A DNA stretch of 64,000 nucleotides from an uncultured virus (IMG/VR IMGVR_UViG_3300033066_001573) (lineage: Duplodnaviria > Heunggongvirae > Uroviricota > Caudoviricetes): IMG/VR virus record IMGVR_UViG_3300033066_001573; one strand, 5' to 3'. The notes beneath the pieces are model-generated. The model ran no database searches. It saw only the letters and a program-made list of their open reading frames with translations, and was not told the origin of the DNA. How positions within the stretch are numbered: position 1 is the stretch's first letter; each line of letters opens with the position of its first letter. The translations under genes and the position numbers were made by a program. Of the stretch, positions 57,801-64,000 are shown piece after piece.

Positions 57801-59456
57801 AGCAACTGCCTCTGCATTTATAGAGAAGAATAATTGATTAACAATATTGAATATGCCTTGATAAGCGTTGTTATTATATAAATCTGCTTGACAAACTGCA
57901 CGAGCAGCATCTTTTTCATCACGACTACCGAAAAGTATCTGATTAGCTAATTCTACTCCACATTCTGATTCAATCCAACCTTGTCTTTTTGCATGTACAA
58001 TAGGATTAACATCTTTTTGAACGAACTTAATAATATCACGAATAACAGATAAGAATCTATCCGCAATAGCATAATGAGCATTCTTTAAGTTAAAATCAGG
58101 TTCTTTTACTTCAGCAGATTCATCGAGTGTCATATAATTAATCTCGATTCCTTCGTAGCTTCTTTCTCTACGAATCATCTGTCCTTCTGCAACTAACTGA
58201 GAAGAAATTATTTCTTGCATCGCAACTCCACCTTTTGTTAAAGCAGATATTAATTCTTCTGAGGTTAAATCAGCATCAGCGATATTAGATTTAATTGAAT
58301 AAATAGGCATATTATCAGGTCTTTTAGCATAAGTAGCAGACGCAAATAAATTACCCTTAGTACCTTCAACAATATTTTGTAAAATTGAACCTCTACGTGA
58401 AGCTCCTGAGCTATTATGTGACTCATCCATACAAACGATATTATCCTTTGCAACTTCCATCATAAACTCAACTTTTTTAGAAGCTCTCATTGAACTAAAT
58501 TGAGAATAAGTAGCAAGAACACAATCGTATTCTTCAACTAATGTTTTTGAAGAAAGAACTTCATTTAATTTTACAGAAGGTAATCCTTTGTATAGGATAT
58601 TACCATCTTCATCTTTAATTTCTGTTTTACTACTTGCACCATTTATAATGAATGGAACAAATCTCTTTTCACCTTGAATGTCTTCTTCATAAGATTTATT
58701 TGTAGTGTACTTATAAACCTTCATTACTTGGTCAGGGAAGTTCTCAGCACGATAAGCATCAATAGCTTGTTCTGTAAGTTCTTTATTTCCTTTTTTGAAA
58801 AGTAAATCACCATCAAATCCTTCTAAATCAAAGTCATCATTGTCAATATCTTCCTTCATAGCTGAAATAACTAATTCACGAGATACTTCAACTGTTTTTT
58901 CAACCTCACCACTTCTGAATTTTATTGGGATACCTGCATCTAAACCGATAGCAATCATATCACGATAAATATCAGAATACAAGTTTGGTCTTTCTGTAAT
59001 GAATATTGGCTTTTTACCCTGAACCTTTGCGTATCTCATTACTCCTGCAAGGCATCGACCTTTGCCTGCCCCTGCCATATCGCCTAAAATCAAGGCTTTA
59101 CCATCTTGAATTTGTACAATTGCAGCAGCAATAGCATCAATTTGTTCAGCACTAAAAGCTCGGCACAATTCAATCATATCATTGTATCCAAGTTGCTCCA
59201 TAACAAACAAATCGATACCACGAACCTTTCTGTCAATATCCTTTAAGTTTTTGTTCATATCAAACAACATGCGAATAGGAGCTGACATATTTAGTGTATC
59301 ACACACTTCAGAAGTAGGAATGTATGCATCAATAGTAGCATCAGCATTTTGAATATTCTTTTCCTCTACAGGATTAGAATCATCAATTTGTTTTTGTTCG
59401 GTACTAATAACGTTTGTAATTTCGTCTTTATTTGAAAGCGGATTATCTTGCATCAT
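54861..59456 (-). CDS. Strawberry-notch-like SF2 helicase, polyvalent
   Basis: LGDMAGAGKGR, ATYSQ, MDESHN, SATYAKRPDNM, EVTGR, QKRGRIFRTG, LRSLDANTS; terminal module after MEFGG. Confidence 0.88.
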   Translation of the reverse strand: MMQDNPLSNKDEITNVISTEQKQIDDSNPVEEKNIQNADATIDAYIPTSEVCDTLNMSAPIRMLFDMNKNLKDIDRKVRGIDLFVMEQLGYNDMIELCRAFSAEQIDAIAAAIVQIQDGKALILGDMAGAGKGRCLAGVMRYAKVQGKKPIFITERPNLYSDIYRDMIAIGLDAGIPIKFRSGEVEKTVEVSRELVISAMKEDIDNDDFDLEGFDGDLLFKKGNKELTEQAIDAYRAENFPDQVMKVYKYTTNKSYEEDIQGEKRFVPFIINGASSKTEIKDEDGNILYKGLPSVKLNEVLSSKTLVEEYDCVLATYSQFSSMRASKKVEFMMEVAKDNIVCMDESHNSSGASRRGSILQNIVEGTKGNLFASATYAKRPDNMPIYSIKSNIADADLTSEELISALTKGGVAMQEIISSQLVAEGQMIRRERSYEGIEINYMTLDESAEVKEPDFNLKNAHYAIADRFLSVIRDIIKFVQKDVNPIVHAKRQGWIESECGVELANQILFGSRDEKDAARAVCQADLYNNNAYQGIFNIVNQLFFSINAEAVATWAVYRMKQGKKPIIALASTMESALDYAIEESTGSKIDVDFSVILKRRLANALSYTTISKEGVPEKNRLDIEELGGKAQLNYETIVESIDSLLTGITISPIDLIRKRIAEAGFTVEEVTGRTRIVEFDKTEESGYVKNRNIPNATDVFNNFNNNVIDCLIINQAGATGSSAHSIKTTKVNQVNYENGIPVVPTSLENTEEVKQRCMIILEAERDVNKEVQKRGRIFRTGMIFNPIYDYIISAIPSQKRLMMMLRKKLRSLDANTSSNQKQSNEILDVVDFLNEYGDEVVAKYLANNPEVNNMIGNPVSYETIINENGETENIPSGSIQELAHRATGRVAILSTEDQEKFYNEVTDMYKAYQSKLIQEGRWNLEVDSLDLQAKTIEKDAVSVGNPKKKSLFGGATFLELCEINNIRKPFNKNYLRNLFAGILSTKDIKQNIVDVSIEEYVDMLHDAIDNRAKEEYNHFYPQYIKAKQREVDGLSKDKRFTKIKNESKRAEALRDETAHIIELWDEKISQLESVYKRAKEFKEVVSFFKPKTIISYKVQKQNFDGIVIGVKMDSGKWLSSYGFSLKIAFPSSLRQVELSFASMQDIKKIMDSTNDVYDNRQREVLGKNLFNDWDDKIKDSISERVKRYIVTGNILKAYGIPELSSGQNKLISYSTIDKKVKKGILLEEGFNPYALYVKIPVEAAKDIVGNALGTSKVLVFGDDDIIKITPRANKLLLRREATKKKSYHIDKNNELNQYLDSRWTKWGDYYEADIVGKENAEKIIEILYSLGFPMNMYFEEFKTIAHRYDVQDRAREEDAVEEMIRKYNANLEEYEKEQNKPFELAAAADLKKMQEMEKELYELRKEKENNKAMRILVDTLNFAKKYKEKEMSKMEFGGEFGFGIKTIGDAQEDDSLQFISDSTEVKEILTHFDPKFSEVDELTNEPYSDSIGGLFVKYKDGDIVFVLAYEGSIPSIEKPVLEVYPTNKYFN

Positions 59457-59488
59457 GTGAATATTTTTTAAGCTTAATTAAGCATTAG

Positions 59489-59496
59489 CAAAAATA
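59489..59496 (-). promoter_or_regulatory. -7 promoter element
   Basis: TATTTTTG upstream of the helicase start. Confidence 0.5.
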
Positions 59497-59524
59497 AGAA
59501 TAATTTTTATCTTTTTGATACTCA

Positions 59525-60448
59525 TTATTCTATATGCTCAACAATATCGTTAACACATTCTTTACCTTTTTCTGTTAACGAAAAAGCGTTACCTACAATT
59601 TCGTAATCCCTGAATAAATATCCTTTACTAACTAAATCAGAAACATATTCTAAATCTTTAGAAGAACTAATAAAGAAGCCATCTAGGTCATCATTAAAGT
59701 TCCTGTATAGTATTTCACCTTGATAACCACCAATATCATTGTAGTCTCTTGAAATAACCTCAGATATATCTTGTGTAACATCATAAGTTGTTGCAGATAA
59801 ATTACCGCCTTGTTCTTTTAGTGGAATCTGAGATACACCAATGTCAGAAATAACCTCAAAAAGACTATCATCTTCTTTTAGAACGATTAAATAAATACCT
59901 CTAGGCTCATAAATAACAATGCTATCGAAACCTGCCTTAAGAAGCTTTGTGTTTAATTCATTCTTATCCTTTACTTCTCCTTTTCCAATTAGCTTATTTA
60001 AAAGCTCTGTGTATTCGAAAGAAGGGGTTAATCTGTCATGGTTTATAAAAACGTATGGTTGCTTTATTCTTGGCTTAATAGTAACAAAGCGAGCATTCTC
60101 AAACTTATCCCTGTAGAAATCAAAATCATCAAGGAAGTAAATTCCAAACCCATACTTGTTAGCTGAATCATAAGAAATTTGAAATGGCTCACTGATTGAA
60201 GGATAATACCTGTAGAACTCCATTGAGTTTATTTTATCAACAGTTGGATAGTTAAGTGCCTTAGCCTCTCCACCATCTTTAAATATTTCCTTATCATCAG
60301 CATAACCAATAATTCTTTCTTTTGAAACTAATGATTCACCGATACCATTATGCATAACGTAGAAATCCCCACGTACATCTAAAATATCTCCTTTAGTTAT
60401 TTTTCCATTTTCTGAGAATAGAACTGAGTCTGTTAATTCGTATTTCAT
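59525..60448 (-). CDS. Three-module protein with a central ADP-ribosyltransferase-like (polyvalent ART) domain
   Basis: FKDGG | FYRY...YGFGIYF...IKQP...LLKAGFDSIVI | KEQGG. Confidence 0.5.
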   Translation of the reverse strand: MKYELTDSVLFSENGKITKGDILDVRGDFYVMHNGIGESLVSKERIIGYADDKEIFKDGGEAKALNYPTVDKINSMEFYRYYPSISEPFQISYDSANKYGFGIYFLDDFDFYRDKFENARFVTIKPRIKQPYVFINHDRLTPSFEYTELLNKLIGKGEVKDKNELNTKLLKAGFDSIVIYEPRGIYLIVLKEDDSLFEVISDIGVSQIPLKEQGGNLSATTYDVTQDISEVISRDYNDIGGYQGEILYRNFNDDLDGFFISSSKDLEYVSDLVSKGYLFRDYEIVGNAFSLTEKGKECVNDIVEHIE

Positions 60449-60459
60449 TTCTTTTTTTT

Positions 60460-63400
60460 TTATGCGTTTAAATCTTTCAAAACATATTCAATATCCTTAA
60501 AGAAAACCTCCATTGTGTCTTGGTCTTCATCATAGAAATTAGTTCCTATTGCTGAAACAGAATCATAATCATACAATTCAATCTCGAAAGTTCTATCGTT
60601 TTCATCACCGTCTCCAATAACCAAAACTTCTACTTTGTAACTTCCATCTTTTTCTATATAACCTAATTTTTTAAGATATTTAGCGAATTCATATCCTGTA
60701 TATGGCTTTATAACTAATTTATTTCTTCTTTTTTTAGTTAAGATACCACCATCTTTCATCTCAGAATTATCTTCAATAAATAAGTTCTTTTTCAATTGCT
60801 TAATCGCTTGCTCTTTTAATTCTTTTTTCAAGTATCCATTTTCATCATATTTATCTCCATCCCAATCTCCGAACAAATCAAATTCAGTAACAGCAGCAAA
60901 TCCTTTAATGTTTCCATGTCTGTATATTCTTATAAAACTAGGATTAGCGTCATCATAATTTAACGCATTTTGATACGCATCAGCAACATATTTTTGGTAT
61001 ATTATTTTATTAGAATAGAATTTATTTGAATACTTATCATGATATTCTTTACTTACATAGAAAACAGCTTCGTAATCATTAATATCTTGTTTTGATTTTT
61101 TAAGAAACTCATAGAACTTCTTATGACCTGATTCATTAATATTTTTAAGGTACTCAATAATTATTTTTTGAGCATCTTTATCAGCAGCGGAATTAGTATT
61201 ATTGTGAACTACTATTTTAGGTTTTTCTGATACTTCTCCGCCATCATTGTAGTGAGTTGATGACTTCCAATGTTCATAGTTATTGAAATAATATGGAGGT
61301 ATGTTTTTTCTTTCTTCTTCTGTAAGACTTAACCTGTAATAAACATCCCATGCTTCTTTTTCTGCGGGTTGATTAATATAGGTATAATATGAAAATATAG
61401 AGATATTATCTTCTACAAAATCATAAATAGCTAACCTTCGTTCACTATTTTTAGTATTTCCTGCTCGAATGACGGAAGACCTTCCTCTTTCAACATAGTA
61501 TCTAATTGCATCTTTAATTTCATTGTAGCTTGCTGCTTTTCCAAAGTCATGTCGTCCCTGAATGTAGTGCTGTGTTTCGTGTGTAATGACTGCGTTAAGC
61601 TTTCTACGTATGCTCTCGATTCCCTCATCACTTGTTCCCGATTTCCTAATTTTTTCATAATTTTTTATGTTTAATGTAATAAAAATATAAAATTTTTCAT
61701 CCTTATAACCTGATAAAGCAGATATTAATTGTTCTTGATTTGGCTCATTATCTAAAACAAAGATAATATCTTTTGAATTAGGATAAAGATAATATAAATT
61801 TTCATGATTAAAAATATCAGATAACTTATATTTATAAATAAAATTATCGTAGTTTTCAACAAGTTTATCTAAGGAAATACCTATATCCGAGTTACTATCA
61901 TCAATTTCAAACTTAAATTTTTTATCTGATTCATCATAAATCCACCCCGTATCTTCCCAAACTTTTTTAGGAGAAATACCATCTTTTATTAATAATTTAG
62001 CTTTATTTAAAAGGTTATAATTTGGAGCTTTTTCAAGTTCTCCGCCATATAAATACTTCTTTATTAGTTTTGTTTCTTCTGATTTGATGTACTCTGAACC
62101 TTTAGCATTTGAACCTGCGCTCTTGCTTCTTCCAATGTAATTGGCGGTTGTTTTGATAACATCTTCATTCCTAACTTTGCTCTTTCCTGAAATGATATTG
62201 TTGATTTCATCTTTTTTTTTATCTAAATTGTCAAAATATCCTCCATCATTCATGGAATCCTTACCTACCTTATTGGTTAAGAACTCCTTCTTATTTAAGT
62301 CATAGTAAAGCATACCATGAGGCATTTCAGATTCATTACTCTTAATAGAAACTCTAATTCCTGATTCTTCAAGTCTTATTAATGAAGAAACATTTTCTGA
62401 AATATAAAGTCCATTTTTAGAAACTCCGAACTGAACTGTATCAATTCCCATTTTAATTATAGCGGCTAATGCTTCTATAAAATCACCTAAACAAATAGTG
62501 AATAAATTAGCACCTTGTTTAATGTAAAGAATAGAATAGCTAGATACTTTTAATTTCAAACCATCAACTTCTTTTTTAACGTAATCTTTATAAGCTTTAC
62601 TCGAATAAACAACGCTCATATCCTTGAACATAGTTTGTATTTGGTCATGTGTTAAAACGGAAATGCCTTTATTGAATTCACCTTTTTCGTTGCCATATGT
62701 TGCCATATATTCTTGGAAAAACTGAATAGCTTTTTTATCTTTTAGCATATTAAGTCTTTTAGCTCCGTATGCAGGTAAAATATTTTTAGCTGAATTACTA
62801 AGACCATAAATACCTTCTTCAATATTATTTTTAGGAAGATAACCTTTTTTACCTTTAAGGAAAATGTCAAGTGTGAACTTACTTGCGAATACTCCGTCTT
62901 TACCAAAATAAACTCCTAATGTAGAAGTAAGAACCTTAGTTTTATTAACGAATGCATCAACTATCTCAGCTAAATTTTTATCTTTAGGATTTAGGTCGTA
63001 TTCTAATTCGTTAGGCACTTCGAATGGAGAGTATGGTAATAAGTTAAAAATATTATTTAGCTTCTTATTTTCGCTTCCAAAAATCATTTCAGAATCAATA
63101 ACATTTTCAATGAATTTATTTACAACATCTTCTTCATAGTGAGCGTTATTGTAAATACCATACATTAACATTTTATTTCTTTGGTTTTCCGTAAGGTATT
63201 CATTTTGTAAATCTAACCATACAGGAGTATAGAATATGTATTCAGAAACTACATCATTAAATAATGAAACAAAGTGATTAAGTATTTGATTTTTTAGAAA
63301 AGATTCTACTTCATCAGGAACTCCATCTCCTATTTGTTTATGAGCATATTTTATTTTATCAATAATTGGTCTAGCTTTTAACTCAACTATTTCTTCAACA

Positions 63401-64000
63401 GATAATCCTTCTAACTCTCTTTGTTTTTGAGAAAAAGCTTCCATGTATTCGTCATGACTGCTAAATTTAGAAGGGTCTAATTCTTCCATTGTTTTCTCTG
63501 CCTGAATAAGAACGTCATAGTAATAAGGATTTTCAACTAAATGGTCTTTAACTATTTCTCCCATTTTTTGTTTATCCTTAGTATGCTCTCTTTCAACTTT
63601 CAAACCTTTTTTAAATTGTCTGATTATTTCTTTTATAGGAACACCATGTTTTTCTGAAATATCATAAATAGATTGACTATCAGCGTATCCGCCAACTAAA
63701 CTTTCTATCTCTTCTTTTCTTTCACTTATAGCCTCTCCTAATAATCCTTCAGGAATTTCAAATCCTGCGCTCTCTATGATGAAGGCAACTTTATTTGCAG
63801 AAACAGTTCCTTCTTTAATTAATTTTTCATATTTATTTGAATCAATAGCATCATTAATTATTTGGCTGTATCTCTTATCTGATAAGTGATTCATTTCCGA
63901 ACGTTCGTACAAATAAGGAAAGCGAACCTTGTCAAGAACTTCTTCTTGATTAGCTTTCTTCATTGACCATACCGCTTGTATGTCAGGATGTAGTTCTATA
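60460..64000 (-). CDS. Large polyvalent protein, probably 5'-partial
   Basis: Frame is open to the window end (IELHPDIQAVWSMKK). Modules: GLKVEREH...DHLVENPYYY; TGW...DKKFKFEIDDS (LPD23-like); HETQHYIQ zincin. Linkers MNDGG, YLYGG, YNDGG, MKDGG. Confidence 0.8.
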   Translation of the reverse strand, partial: IELHPDIQAVWSMKKANQEEVLDKVRFPYLYERSEMNHLSDKRYSQIINDAIDSNKYEKLIKEGTVSANKVAFIIESAGFEIPEGLLGEAISERKEEIESLVGGYADSQSIYDISEKHGVPIKEIIRQFKKGLKVEREHTKDKQKMGEIVKDHLVENPYYYDVLIQAEKTMEELDPSKFSSHDEYMEAFSQKQRELEGLSVEEIVELKARPIIDKIKYAHKQIGDGVPDEVESFLKNQILNHFVSLFNDVVSEYIFYTPVWLDLQNEYLTENQRNKMLMYGIYNNAHYEEDVVNKFIENVIDSEMIFGSENKKLNNIFNLLPYSPFEVPNELEYDLNPKDKNLAEIVDAFVNKTKVLTSTLGVYFGKDGVFASKFTLDIFLKGKKGYLPKNNIEEGIYGLSNSAKNILPAYGAKRLNMLKDKKAIQFFQEYMATYGNEKGEFNKGISVLTHDQIQTMFKDMSVVYSSKAYKDYVKKEVDGLKLKVSSYSILYIKQGANLFTICLGDFIEALAAIIKMGIDTVQFGVSKNGLYISENVSSLIRLEESGIRVSIKSNESEMPHGMLYYDLNKKEFLTNKVGKDSMNDGGYFDNLDKKKDEINNIISGKSKVRNEDVIKTTANYIGRSKSAGSNAKGSEYIKSEETKLIKKYLYGGELEKAPNYNLLNKAKLLIKDGISPKKVWEDTGWIYDESDKKFKFEIDDSNSDIGISLDKLVENYDNFIYKYKLSDIFNHENLYYLYPNSKDIIFVLDNEPNQEQLISALSGYKDEKFYIFITLNIKNYEKIRKSGTSDEGIESIRRKLNAVITHETQHYIQGRHDFGKAASYNEIKDAIRYYVERGRSSVIRAGNTKNSERRLAIYDFVEDNISIFSYYTYINQPAEKEAWDVYYRLSLTEEERKNIPPYYFNNYEHWKSSTHYNDGGEVSEKPKIVVHNNTNSAADKDAQKIIIEYLKNINESGHKKFYEFLKKSKQDINDYEAVFYVSKEYHDKYSNKFYSNKIIYQKYVADAYQNALNYDDANPSFIRIYRHGNIKGFAAVTEFDLFGDWDGDKYDENGYLKKELKEQAIKQLKKNLFIEDNSEMKDGGILTKKRRNKLVIKPYTGYEFAKYLKKLGYIEKDGSYKVEVLVIGDGDENDRTFEIELYDYDSVSAIGTNFYDEDQDTMEVFFKDIEYVLKDLNA

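Noticed and set aside
100..61658. Short ORFs antisense or out-of-frame to long genes (e.g. 100..315, 8206..8712, 25115..25633, 49807..50304, 54380..54769, 30151..30366, 58265..58453, 61431..61658)
   Set aside because: They are shadows of longer genes with recognisable motifs, have F/S/L-biased composition and lack leaders.
1..64000. Eukaryotic giant virus (NCLDV) origin
   Set aside because: Peptidoglycan hydrolases, ArdA, Bacteroidota -7 promoters, intrinsic terminators and coupled operons indicate a bacterial host.
1..64000. Alternative genetic code; tRNA or rRNA genes
   Set aside because: Standard code gives dense, full-length ORFs. No cloverleaf or rRNA-like segment was seen by eye.

Overview
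This is an AT-rich, gene-dense 64 kb segment. Nearly all genes are on the minus strand; one plus-strand block (29085-32180) is transcribed divergently. It is best read as part of a large virus or virus-like element of a Bacteroidota host: there are TAnnTTTG -7 promoter boxes, A-rich leaders without Shine-Dalgarno sequences, and Bacteroidota-type domains. No terminase, portal, HK97 capsid or tail tube/sheath gene is recognisable in this window. Instead it contains: (1) an A32/FtsK-HerA-like packaging ATPase; (2) a probable major capsid protein with an acidic propeptide, plus seven paralogs, one carrying a tandem double domain; (3) about 25 small membrane proteins, two muralytic enzymes and an annexin-like protein; (4) a glycosyl-/methyl-/pyruvyl-transferase cluster interleaved with the capsid paralogs; (5) several very large 'polyvalent' proteins (ArdA, strawberry-notch helicase, ART-like, zincin modules) whose domains are separated by a recurring [FYML]-x-x-G-G linker; (6) a second recurring motif (S-N-A-D-G / S-F-D-G type) confined to putative structural proteins; (7) an IscB-omegaRNA element, a TnpB and an HNH endonuclease. 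My inference is a large tailless, internal-membrane (Varidnaviria-like) bacterial virus that uses polyprotein processing and may glycosylate its virion. All family calls come from motif recognition by eye; no searches were run.
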